From Tubiluchus corallicola (taxonomy: Eukaryota > Animalia > Priapulida), in NCBI GenBank assembly GCA_030141605.1, contig JAQGDQ010001729.1, forward strand, positions 1 to 27,608: DNA of 27,608 nt, given 5' to 3'. Both the position numbers and the translations under genes were made by a program. The notes beneath the pieces are model-generated. The model did not search any database and was not told the origin of the DNA. It worked only from the letters and a program-made list of their open reading frames with translations. Of this stretch, positions 11,684 to 23,092 are shown one piece after another (the stretch's first letter is position 1; every line of letters begins with the position of its first letter).

Positions 11684-12006
11684 GCAAGTACTTGCCATTG
11701 TAATCTTGGAGTGAAAATTCGCTCTCTGTCAACCATAAACAGTACGATAATTCGACCTCTCTTTACTAATGTATTATTCCTTGGCTGTGTTTGGACTGTG
11801 GCATTATCTTGCTGTCCAGGGGGAGGGGTATTCGAAAGGGGCAACAAGCAAGTACTTGCCACTGTAAACTTGGAGTGAAATTTCGCTCTCTGTCAACCAT
11901 AAACAGCACGATAATTCGTCCTCTCTTTACTAATGTATTATTCCTTGGCTGTGTTTGGACTGTGGCATTATCTTGCCGTCCAGGGGGTGGGTATTCGAGA
12001 GGGGCA
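11684..12006. repeat. 164-bp tandem duplication (2 copies)
   Basis: gcaagtacttgcca starts at 11684 and 11848; high identity throughout. Confidence 0.95.
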
Positions 12007-13155
12007 GTGAGAATGTTAACAGTTGCAGTAGCGCAACGTTGGAATATTCATTTTATTGTACTTTCACGTTTCAACATAGATGTCGCTTTTGCTTTTTTTA
12101 TTTTTCAATTTTAGCTGGTGCTTTTTTCAACTCTTGTTCTGGAAGTTTTGATGAATTTGTTAATTCTTTTGGATTTTAAAGTTTTAAATTTCAATTTGAA
12201 TAATTAATGTGTTGCATTATTCACTGATTAGTGATATCTGCATTTTACTCATATTTTAATTAATTTCTTAATTAATCGGCTGTAATGTCTTTTACTTGTT
12301 CTGATGTGTCATCAATTTCTAGACATTTAATAATTCGATTATTAGATTGTTTCATTTTGCCTCCATATCCAATATGAAACCATTAAAAATGGCTGGCATT
12401 TGAAAGATATTCTACTACACAGCAAGTATAGCAAGTTTAGCACAGTATCGTAAGTTAAGCACTGCAACTTCGTCATTAACTTAGATGGATGACCACTATC
12501 GAATCTCTAGTCTGATTATAGCTTTGACATTAAACGTTCTGCAGGGAAATCTGTTTTTCATTCAATAAACTTCTTCCAGGAATGCTGCTGTCTTACTGTT
12601 GCGTTTTGGAACTATGCTAACATAGGAACAGTGGTCCCTCAGTGCCATGTTGTGATTGTGAAAAACACACCTCTTCTGTACTGGAAATCTTGCATTAGCC
12701 TGCTTAGCTTAGCAGCCTTCGCTTGTTGTCGGCTTTGGCCACCTTGTGGTGATTTTTGGCCTAATCACGTGATCAATTTGGTCTGGGTCAGAGGCCTACT
12801 GTGAAGTGAAGACGTGTCATGATAAGATGATAAGATATTGTCGTTATCTGTTTACAATTGCTCATGATTTGTGGTTAATAACGTATGTATATCCTCTAAT
12901 TACTTTAAAAAACTTAAATTTACTTTAAGATAACAGCTAGGTATTAATTAATACGACAGTGCAGTGTAGAACTCTTAATTATGTAAAATTGACTTTTGGC
13001 TATTGTTATTTTTTTGTTATTTGTTTATTTGTTATTTTTTTGCACTAATTTCTTATTATGTTTAGATGGATGACATGTTTTGGGTTATAAAGAGCAAAGA
13101 AAGAGCAAAATTTAATCGAGGTTTCGAATTTCTATTTGTTTTTTGAAAGCCTAGA

Positions 13156-13784
13156 CCCCTTCCCTAGCCTATCCTACCCCCCCCCCCCACGTTCTGCATT
13201 CACTTGGTTGAGTCCATTGTAATGGCTGCTGTCATTGAGTACATAATGAAGTGAATAGTTTACTGAACACTATTAATATTACATTTGTTTAATAAGCTTC
13301 CATAAGTTACGACATCACCCCTTCCCTACCCTACCCTACCCCCACGTTCTGCATTCATGGTTGAGTCCATTGTAATGGCTACTCTCATTGAGTACATAAT
13401 GAAGTGAATAGTTTACTGAACACTATTAATATTACATTTGTTTAATAAGCTTTCATAAGTTACGACATCACCCCTTCCCTACCCTATCCTACCCCCCCCC
13501 CCCCACGTTCTGCATTCATGGTTGAGTCCATTGTAATGGCTGCTCTCATTGAGTACATAATGAAGTGAATAGTTTACTGAACACTATTAATATTACATTT
13601 GTTTAATAAGCTTTCATAAGTTACGACATCACCCCTTCCCTACCCTACCCCCCCCCCCCACGTTCTGCATTCATGGTTGAGTCCATTGTAATGGCTGCTC
13701 TCATTGAGTACATAATGAAGTGAATAGTTTACTGAACACTATTAATATTACATTTGTTTAATAAGCTTTCATAAGTTACGACAT
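13156..13784. repeat. About 157-bp tandem array, 4 copies, with variable C-rich linker
   Basis: cacgttctgcattca at 13188, 13343, 13504 and 13659. Confidence 0.96.
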
Positions 13785-13874
13785 TATAGTAGATTTTATC
13801 GTAGATTTATTACTCCCTCGTGGAATCTATTACATGTATTTACAGTGAATGCTAGTAGTTTGTGTTGTGTGTAG

Positions 13875-14400
13875 AAGATAAAGAGAAAGCAAGAGAAAAA
13901 AGAGAAAGAATAAGACAGGATTAGAAAATAAAAAAAGAGCAAAGATGAAAGAAAAGAGACAAATAGGGAAGGAAGGAATGGATTAAAAGAATAAAGGAAG
14001 GAAACAAAGAGGGTGAAGAAGAGAGGAAGAGAAAGAGGAAAAGAAGAAAAAGAGAAATAAGACTGGGTTAAAAAAATAAAAGTGGTAGAGAAACAAAAGG
14101 AGGCAAATAGGGAAGGAAGGGATGGATTAAAAGAATAAAGGAAGGAAACAAAGATTGTGAAGAAGAGAGGAAGAGAAAAAGGAAAAGAAGAAAAAAGAAA
14201 AATAATGAGACTAAGTTAAAAAAATAAAAAGTGGTAGAAATGAAACAAAGGAGGCAAATAGGGAGAGAAGGAAGGAAAGAAGAGGGAGGAGTAAGAAAAA
14301 GAGAAAATTAATAAAAGGAAAGAAAAGAGAGAAGGAAAAGAGAAACGAAATAATGAAGAAACAAAAGAAGAAAAAAGGAAAAAAGAAAGAATGGGGAAGC
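13875..14400. repeat. Purine-rich (A/G) low-complexity tract with internal ~135-bp duplication
   Basis: The caaatagggaaggaagg...ggattaaaagaataaaggaaggaaacaaaga block occurs twice (about 13960 and 14105). Confidence 0.85.
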
Positions 14401-14447
14401 AAACTAGCAAAACGCAAATAAAAACAGCAGTAAACAAAAACAGACGA

Positions 14448-14810
14448 AAACAAACAAGTAAGTAAACAAATAAACATAATAAAGCAAGCAAACAAACAAG
14501 CAAGTAAACAAATAAACATAACAAAGCAAGCAAACAAACAAGCAAGCAAACAAACAAGCAAGTAAACAAATAAACATGACAAAGCAAGCAAACAAACAAG
14601 CAAGTAAACAAATAAACATAACAAAACAAGCAAACAAACAAGCAAGTAAACAAATAAACATAACAAAACAAGCAAACAAACAAGCAAGTAAACAAATAAA
14701 CATAACAAAACAAGCAAACAAACAAGCAAGTAAACAAATAAACATAATAAAGCAAACAAACAAGCAAGTAAACAAATAAACATAGCAAAACAAGCAAACA
14801 AACAAGTAAT
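14448..14810. repeat. 42-bp A/C-rich minisatellite, about 8-9 copies
   Basis: Unit caagcaagtaaacaaataaacataacaaaacaagcaaacaaa; gives the 14-aa periodic spurious ORFs. Confidence 0.95.
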
Positions 14811-15008
14811 AAAGAAAGAAGCATTTTAGGTTTAGTATCATTTAGTTTATGGTTTCTCTGCTAGGATTAACACTAAGCCTCTTATTCGAAATTGCCTTCA
14901 TGCATTTGCATGCGTTTATGAATCAGCGGCTGGATGATTAGCTGCTATCATGCAGGCAGATGTGACAAAACCCATGACACTCACGGGGGTTATAATATTG
15001 TAATATAT

Positions 15009-15870
15009 AATGACACGTATATAGTACCCTCATCAATCAGCTAACGTGTCAGCGTGGCCTTTATTATCCATTTGTTAGAGATAAATCTCAGCGTCACGAG
15101 TATATGTAGCCGTAGAACTGTGAGATGGTGTATAAGAACGGGTGCAGCTGCAGCAATGACACTTACATAGCCAGTGTCACGTCGGTAGTACCATCATCAA
15201 TCAAATAACGTGTCAGCGCGGCCCTTATTATCCATTTGTTAGAGATAAATCTCAGCGCCACGAGTATATGTAGCCGTAGAACTGTGAAATGGTGCATAAG
15301 AACGGCTGTAGCTGCAGCAATGACACTTACATGGCCAGTGTCACGTCGGTAGTACCCTCATCAATCACCAAACGTGTCAGCGTGGCCTTTATTATCCATT
15401 TGTTAGATATAAATCTGAGCGCCACGAGTATATGTAGCCGTAGAACTGTGAGATGTCGTATAAATATGGCTGTACATATGCAGTATTGGCATTTACATGG
15501 CTAATGTCACACGTCTCCAGTCAACAACCAGGTCAGCGTACCTTTTACTACCTTTTTGTTAGAGATAAATCTCAACTTCCAAAATGTATGTGGCCGTTGA
15601 AATGTGAGATGTTGCATAAGTACGGTTGTAAAATCACACTTACATGGCCCATGTCACACATCTGCATTATCCTTTCAATCAGCTAACGTGGCAGTATGGT
15701 CTTTATTATCCATTTGTTTAGGATATATCTCACTAACGGAATGTACGTAGCCACAGAACTGTGAGGACTTATATTCATAAGACTGTACATGCGGTAATGA
15801 CATTTACATGGGTAATGTCACACGTCTTAGTACTTTCATCAATCAGCTAACGTGTCAGCGTAGCGCTTAT
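15009..15870. repeat. About 164-bp diverged tandem array, about 5 copies
   Basis: The catcaatca anchor occurs at 15031, 15195, 15359, about 15520 (diverged), about 15673 and 15837. Confidence 0.93.
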
Positions 15871-16569
15871 AATCTATTACAGTGTTAACTTCAGGTTTTG
15901 TTTTCTCAACTGTTAATTCTCACGCATGCCTGGCTGCATCCTCACGTTTGCATGGCTAACTTAGTCACAGTTTAAAAATCGTTTTCTTCTGTTATAACTG
16001 GGATCAATATTTAATTATCCAGGCTGATGTTGTAGTTTGATAATTGATTCAGCCATCAATCAGTTTTATTCAGTCTGACACGTATTCTCCCGGCTTACCA
16101 TGCCGACTCGAAAGTGGCTTCTTTCTACACGGCTCTTTGTGTGACAGAATTTTGCCCGTGACATGAATTATACATTTTCCGTACAGTGGTGAAGCTAGAT
16201 TAATTATTGCCCGCGTGTCTGAATCACTGAATTTTCGTAGAATTGTGTGTTAGAAATTGCATTAGACTGGCTGATATGGCTTCTTTGTAACGGTCGACTG
16301 GTTTTTGCGTAGCGCCTCGCTGACATGTAACGTTTGTCATTATTATCTAACGTCGTCAAAGGGGGGAGGGCAATTGCGCGGTGTAGGAGGAGGAGTTATA
16401 AACGGGGTTTGAAGAAGCCAACAGCTTTCTACAAGAAAAAAATCAATGACCTTTCAATGACTGACCCTAGGTTTGCTGAAGCCTAGTTTTAAATGTTTGT
16501 TCACTTTGAAGACTACTTGTTCACTTTTATTATAGCTTTCCTTGTTATGCTGTATGACCTGCTATTCGT

Positions 16570-17000
16570 ACTCCTATGTCCTAACAAAAGTCCTGTTGAT
16601 TCTTGTTACCCGGTTCGTAGGTCTTAACAAAAACCATTCATTTACTTGCTATGCGGGTCACTGGGTCCTAACAAAAAGCCTGCTGGTTTGTCTATCGAGG
16701 TTCCTAGGTCATGAAAAAGCGCCGCGGGTTCATAGGTCCTGAAAACAGTGGTTCGGGTCCATGCTGCCTGGCTCCCTGGACTGTCTCAAAAGCTGTAAAA
16801 TGTCTTGATATCAGGGTACCTAGGTCCTATCAAAAAGCCTACTGGTTATTCTATCGGGGTTCTTAGGTCCTGAAAAACCCTGTGGGTTCCCAGATTCTTC
16901 AGAAGCCCTGTATTCATTGAATAAAAGTGCTTGTTCCTGGTTTCTAAGCCCTATTATTTTTTACTGTCTGGGTTTTCTACGTCCTAATAAAAGCCCTGTA
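16570..17000. repeat. Old degenerate minisatellite (about 43/29-bp units; core GGTTCCTAGGTCCTRAxAAAAGCC)
   Basis: The core recurs about 10 times (e.g. 16612, 16655, 16699, 16727, 16814, 16857) with diverged intervening sequence. Confidence 0.75.
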
Positions 17001-17019
17001 GTTTGAAGCCATCTTGATC

Positions 17020-17094
17020 CCGGGTCTTAACTTCTGTCAAACTGGCTTCAGTGGTTACGGGTCCTACCTTCTGTCAAACTGGCTTCAGTGGTTA
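17020..17094. repeat. About 37-bp tandem duplication
   Basis: cgggtcYta.cttctgtcaaactggcttcagtggtta x2. Confidence 0.9.
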
Positions 17095-17196
17095 GCTTAA
17101 TGGCGTGTAAGAAACCGCCTCATAAAACCTTTACATGTGAGTCTGAATTAGATGCGAAATTAGGTCGTACCGTCGTCTCTAGAGCAAGAATGGGTT

Positions 17197-17345
17197 AAAG
17201 GCAAAGGCAACATTTATATTCTATAGCTCATTTAACAGACAACATTAGTTCGAGCAACTATTTGGCTACTTACATTTACAGCAATAGAGAACAATATGTG
17301 TGTGCTGTGTTGTTGGGAGTCACGGGAGTCGAACCCACGACTGTA
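17197..17345 (-). mobile_element. Possible tRNA-derived SINE relic
   Basis: Minus-strand B box GGTTCGACTCCC (17324-17335) and a TTGCCTTTGCCTTT-type tail near 17200. Confidence 0.35.
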
Positions 17346-18420
17346 AGAACTATTCTGTAAGGTGCAGCCCAGCATTGAAGAAAAACTCGACTCAATCTTA
17401 AACTATATATCCTAGCAATCTAACCTATAATGTATTGAAAGGAGCATGCTATTTGTCTTTCAAGCGTAAGTTACTTGAAAGAATTATTGGCACAGAATGG
17501 CAACATTATTGGCAACATGTTGCATGCATTTTGCTGTCCGCTAGTTACATTGACACTAGCACCTGCATCTCGAAAACCCTTGCTGAAAAAATAGGTGCTG
17601 CACCTTTACATGAGTCTTTAAATTAAACCGAACCCTCGTCGCATCTAAAGCGAGAATGAGTTAAAGGCAAGGACAACATTTTTTACTGTTAAAAATTATG
17701 TTCGGTAGTGACGCCATCACTAACTGAGCTCGCTGGCTATTTTTCAAGTATTTATCTTAGTATTTAACTATCTGAGATGGTTTTGCACTGTTACGGATGT
17801 TAAAATGTATACTTTTTACTGTACTTAAAGGGGGGGGGGGTAGGATAAGTCATCCTGTTTTTCTTTAAGCATCAAATTCAAAGCCTGGATCCACCACTCA
17901 CTTTTAGGACACATTTAACTTGGATTTTTGTGGCAGCTCCAGACCAAACTATTGCTTTTTGTATTTTTGTTTCTCAATTAATTTTAAAAACAAAGAAAAA
18001 TTCACATTGGCTGACTGTGGCCAGGATACAACACTGTTTTAGGGTAGTTCACACTAGATCTGTGCTGATTTCTGTCCAGTGTTGGTCTTTATGGTAAAGC
18101 ATAGAGCTGTTCACACTATTGCTGTAAACAAGTATGGCGGGCAAAATGGTCCTTTTTTGTTTTGTTATGTGAATTCAAAACAACTTTTGCCCATGCAAGT
18201 ATGAACGAACCTTAACATAAGTATGAGTATCTTGGATCTCCTTGTTGTCAGAATGCCAAAGATGTTGTTTTCCATGTGTGATCACAGCCTCTTTTCGTTA
18301 TATTTGGTTATTTCAGTCCTAATAATAATATTTCATGGCAATAATTAGTCAAATTGCCCGTTTGTCATTCAAATTTTTAATGAGACAAAGTTAAGCATAT
18401 GTTTTCTTTTTTCACTGCAG

Positions 18421-18948
18421 ATGGCGTAAATGAGGAGACTGCAAACTGCAATCTGAAGGTTACCATGGTTACAGACGACATGCTGTACAGCAGTGTGACT
18501 GTTCGCATCAGGGATATGACACAAACTGCATTTCTGTCCACCCTGTATGACTTCTTTGTTCTTGGTTTGAAGGTGGTCATTCCGTGTGCAGAGGAGGACA
18601 TCTACCTCTTCAACGTCCAAGATGACACGGACGTCGCGGAACAGATCCTCAATGTCAGCTTCTCCGTCCGTCGGACGACAGTGAATGGACAGGACGTCCT
18701 GTACGATCCGGAGTTCCTACGGGAACGGGTGTACCTGGAGCGGGTGCGCTTGTCTCAAGTCTCCGCCATGGAGGTGCTTCCGTTCGATGACACGCTCTGC
18801 GTCCGGGAACCGTGCCGGAATTACGAGACGTGTCTGAACGTGTTGAAGTTTGGAAATGCTCACGATTTCATTTCGTCTGACTCGTTCCTGTTCCGGCCCA
18901 TACATCCGGTGAACACATTCTCCTGTCAATGTCCTCTGGGTTTCACAG
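18421..18948 (+). CDS. CELSR: Internal exon of Flamingo/Starry night/CELSR cadherin: end of last cadherin repeat, Flamingo-box/membrane-proximal region, first EGF-like domain
   Basis: Acceptor ttttctttttcactgcag ends at 18420 and donor CAG|GTAAGC starts at 18949; 528 nt, phase 1-1. The translation DGVNEETANCNLKVTMVTDDMLYSSVTVR...NVQDDTDV...ILNVSFS...LRERVYL...EVLPFDDTLCVREPCRNYETCLNVLKFGNA...LFRPIHPVNTFSCQCPLGFTG contains hallmark Flamingo/CELSR motifs (PFDDxxCxREPC, LFRPIxPVN) recognised from memory. Confidence 0.97.
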
Positions 18949-18990
18949 GTAAGCATTGGTGATTTCTTAGAAATACAGGGTGACCCAAAA

Positions 18991-19298
18991 CATCCGGTGA
19001 ACACGTTCTCTTGTCAATGTCCTCTGGGTTTCACAGGTAAGAATTTCGTCTGACTCCTTCCTGTTCCGGCCCATACATCCGGTGAACACGTTCTCTTGTC
19101 AATGTCCTCTGGGTTTCACAGGTAAGAATTTCGTCTGACTCCTTCCTGTTCCGGCCCATACATCCGGTGAACACGTTCTCTTGTCAGTGTCCTCTGGGTT
19201 TCACAGGTAAGCACGTTCTCTTGTCAATGTCCTCTGGGTTTCACAGGTAAGCATTGATGACGATGATGATTTCTTAGAAATACAGGGTGACCCAAAAC
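18991..19298 (+). repeat. Four intronic tandem copies of the 3' end of the first CELSR exon plus its splice donor
   Basis: ...cctctgggtttcacag|gtaag recurs with GT at 19037, 19122, 19207 and 19247 (true donor 18949). The intron-start block gatttcttagaaatacagggtgacccaaaac occurs at both 18961 and 19268. Confidence 0.97.
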
Positions 19299-19496
19299 TG
19301 CTGATATTCATAGAGAGAAATGGGCTTCATGCTCATTTTTGCAGCACCTTCTGCAGTGTTAAGAGTTTCTAAGATTGATAGGAAATTTAATGAGATTGCC
19401 AGAAACAGAAAGATTAACATTAAACAAGGAATTACCAAATGACCTCCAGGCAAAACTGAAAAAACCTGAATATCAGTATTATTATTATTATATCCA

Positions 19497-19780
19497 TAGC
19501 CAGCACCACCCTCGGCCCGTATAACTTCTCTACATCTCAGCCGTATAACTTTTGCAAAAAACGGTCGAAAAATGGCCATTTTTGGAGGTTTTTCACCCCC
19601 CCCCTTCCTCCCGGTGGGCCCAATTCGAAAAATAAACCATCAATGGCACGACACTAGATCGAGACCTTTCGTTTGATATATAGATCGCCGCAAATGATGC
19701 CCTCGTCCGGGCTGTAGCCTCGAATCTTTTATATATATATATATATATAAAGCCCATACCAAGAATATTAATATATAGAT
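19497..19780 (-). mobile_element. Possible non-autonomous Helitron/Helentron-like element
   Basis: GC-rich island with cgagacctttcgtttgata, an internal (TA)n, and a minus-strand start A|TCTATATATTAAT. The other end is GC-rich but has no clean CTAG. Family resemblance is from memory. Confidence 0.4.
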
Positions 19781-19884
19781 TATAATTTTTATTTTTAAAA
19801 ACTATGTACAGAATACATTTCCTCTATTTGTAGGGTGATATGTTTAAAATTTCTAAAAGCATTTACAACGTATTAAACCTATTC

Positions 19885-19895
19885 ACACGCACACA

Positions 19896-19927
<32 letters not shown>

Positions 19928-19933
19928 CACACA
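19885..19933. repeat. (CACG)n(CA)n microsatellite
   Basis: Directly visible. Confidence 0.95.
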
Positions 19934-22079
19934 TATAATTCAGAATCCAACACATGAGACAGAATGAACGACAACGATCACATACAATAGACATAGTTAC
20001 AAATTATAATCCAACATTACATACATAATAAAAGATAACGAACATATTTTAATACTTAGTAACAAAAATTTACACAATAATTACACAAATTTACACAAAA
20101 AGTTACACAATAACAACAATTATAATAAACATAATTACCAATTGTAATGTAAATTCACATAATATTAAGAATTAATAAAGACTTACAACAGATGAAGCCA
20201 TACTTAACAACAGCATCACAGGAGTTTTAGCTGCAGACAGGAAACAGTGGGATGCTGTGATGAAGACTCACAATGTCAGCAATAGTTGTTTAGAACAACA
20301 GAAGAAGAAGAAGAAGAAGAATTTCTAGACCTCTAGATTTCTTGACTCAAGTTCAAACTGTTTTCTTTCTTCGTAAGGTGTCCATTTATTTTTCACACCT
20401 GTTTGACAAATTCTCAGACACGTAAAAGAAATTTTGGACAGTGATCTGTATTAACATCACCAATTTTCTATGTTAACAATGTTTAAAGCAAAACCAGACC
20501 CAATCTTAAACTGGAGGTCAAAATATTCTGCTTTTTAATTTATGGAATGGAAACATATTGTTTTTTCAAAAATGACTTACGTCAAAGAATTATTACCACA
20601 CAAACACATTTCACGTTCGCGCCACTAGTTCTTCTCTGTTACATACATTTCATCATTCCCTAGTGAGGCGGGCACTAACACCTGTATTTCGGAAATGCAT
20701 TGCACGAAAAAGGTGCTGTACCTCTCAATTAAGATGTGTTTGCTTGTGATGTCTTCCTTTAATGCGTATGAGTTTTGCTGCCATGCAGGAATGTATGAAA
20801 TACACATGCTTTTGTATGCGTAGCATGTACTACAATTCGTACATACTTGTAAATGAAAGTCTAGACAATCTAGGCTTACAAGAACTGTGGAAAGACTTTT
20901 CCGCTTCTGACAATATTTGACCAAATTGACCATTTAGGACAACCACTTTCCTCTGTTAATTCTCCAAAATAAAAGTTAGCGTGACAGTTTAACTTGGTCA
21001 CCTGATATTTTTTGCATTTTCTGAACTTCTTTCTAATTCATTTCTTTTCTCTTTTTCTCTCTCTACTATTTTATCTTAACTACTCCCTGTTTTTCTATAA
21101 TTCTCTCTCTTGTAAATTAAGTCATTTTTTTCACTTTTCATGGTGGTTTTACAAGCTTTGCTTCTTGACCACCATGCAGCATCTATTTCTTGTTGACAAA
21201 CTATTATGTAGTTTAGTAACTATGTTAGCACACTTCTGTTAAATTCTTGTAATTATATTTGGAATTTTTTCTCTAACTATATCATGCTATAGTATACTAA
21301 TGTAGTTCTGTTACAATTATTGCAACTATATTTCATTTTCTAGTTATAGGGCATAATAGTTAAAGATAATAATGCAAATTGTAATGTAAAAATACATGCT
21401 GAAGTGATAATAAATTACAAAATTGCATTATCCATGGTTTTGCATACTCGGGTCATAGATACATTATTATCATACTTCAAGCTCATTTTCATATTAGTGT
21501 GAGACAGAGGTTAATTGTTATAGAATGCCCTAGAGTGCAGAATTGATAGCATTCAGTCGTCTGGAGTTTAGCTTTAAAAAAACCTGTTTGTTGAAGTGAA
21601 GCGACTTTAGTTTGCCCTGCGGCTAATAGGGGCGCTGTACATTGTCTGCTGGCGTCGAGTTGGAAAAGTCGAAGTGATGTTTGACAATGTGGAGAGAAAG
21701 AGAAGACAGAAGAGGAACTTGTGAGGAGGAAAGAGGGTGGATCAGGAGAGTAAGCTCTGGTCACGTGACCAACTTGTGCACATGTGGTTGTGTGGTTTTT
21801 CTGGAATCTTTGTTGCCAGCTGTAATTTTTTGTCATGAGTGAGTGAAGAATGCATAGAAATGTTTCACTGATTAACTCTCACGTCTAGCCGCTGAAGAGC
21901 TAATTAAAAAGATTTAGGATGAATAATTAGTTAGGTAATCATTTAGTGATAGAGTTGCAATCACAAAAATTAGTAACTAGACTAATAAATGTAATTCGAA
22001 ATGTATTCACTCCCTTTCAACTTTTAAAAAACCGTCAGAAAAGAAATATTTCAAAAGTATTGAGAGTAACACAGTTTGA

Positions 22080-22444
22080 TAATGGTAATAACCTGCATTC
22101 TTTTTCCATCTTAATAATCTTAATAAAACGTGACTATGCTGAACAGGTTACTGAACACTTTATAATCATGATCACAGTTTTTCTTAGTTCTCGCTCCATT
22201 TCATCTTTCATTCACTACTCCCCCCCCACTTTTTTAAGATTTCCACGTACAGTTTGGCCTGTCAAGCCATGCTTTTATGCTCAAACTGTATGCAAATTAT
22301 TCTGTAATGAAATTTGCACATGTATATGCTGCATTTTGTAATTTCTGGATAATACTGCATTTATTTATATTTACTTTAATGGATAATTATCTGTATTTTA
22401 ATGATAATTGCAATGTGGAAATGAATAAACTCTTGATCTCTTGA
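22080..22444 (+). mobile_element. Probable L2/CR1-like LINE 3' fragment
   Basis: Perfect 9-bp stem tacagtttg (22248) / caaactgta (22282), an AT-rich UTR, then AATAAA (22424) and a short repeat tail ctcttgatctcttga. Upstream SSRSISSF weakly resembles the ORF2 end. Confidence 0.45.
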
Positions 22445-23092
22445 TATAAATACGGTCTAAAGTCCTGCTTACTTCTGGAAGTCTGTAAAACTAGAATGTA
22501 GCGCTTATCGGCATTCCTACTTAGTGTACACAGTGTGGTGGTACCAGTACTCATCTCATTTAGGCTAATGCTCTAAGCTGTTGAGTTCCTGGGCTCACAG
22601 ATATTCCATTATTATCATATCGTTGCATCCTCCCTCGATGTGGTGAACAGCCAGAATCGGCATGTCGAATGAAATTACCGAGAGCATCATTGATTGCATC
22701 TGGATGCTGCTCAACTTCGTTCTCCAGGCACACGCTGTTACCATTGAGCTATTACTCTCTCCAAAGATGGTTGAAATGATAACTAAAGGTTTAAAGTTTG
22801 TAGGGGAGCCCCTTTAAGAAAGGACGTCTCTTTTTAGTGCCTCTTCCTGAAGCGTGTAACAAGATTAACTAATCAATTCACTTATTTCACTCACTAACTA
22901 ATTTTATAAAGGTGGCAGCATATGTACCGTAAACACCTTTTTATGTGGTATTCTGCAGGACTTGTGGCACCACCCATTGAGCATAAAAAGAAATATTTTG
23001 AGGCTTACAACCATGTAATCACAATTATGTAATTGATTGGCTGTACAATTATTGCTGATTGTAATAAACAATAAGCATTAATAACCACTGTA

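Noticed and set aside
14211-14841. Hydrophobic 'membrane protein' ORFs of 145-202 aa
   Set aside because: Produced by the 42-bp minisatellite and purine tract; all three minus frames are open.
16570-17000. CRISPR-like repeat-spacer appearance
   Set aside because: Animal intron, degenerate repeats, spacers short and related to one another, no cas genes.
17130-17680. Two related ~75-bp segments ending gaatgRgttaaaggcaa (possible piggyBac right ends)
   Set aside because: No matching left TTAACCC end was found, so no element could be delimited.
18399-18962. ORF-track 187-aa protein with its own ATG and stop
   Set aside because: The ATG lies in the acceptor's pyrimidine tract and the stop lies in the intron. 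The real unit is the internal exon 18421-18948.
20625-20933. 102-aa minus ORF with a faint hAT transposase-like FVxC word
   Set aside because: Similarity is too weak to support; it would need an HMM hit.
22560-22770. GC-balanced stretch with a ~60-codon open minus frame
   Set aside because: No recognisable domain or convincing splice sites.
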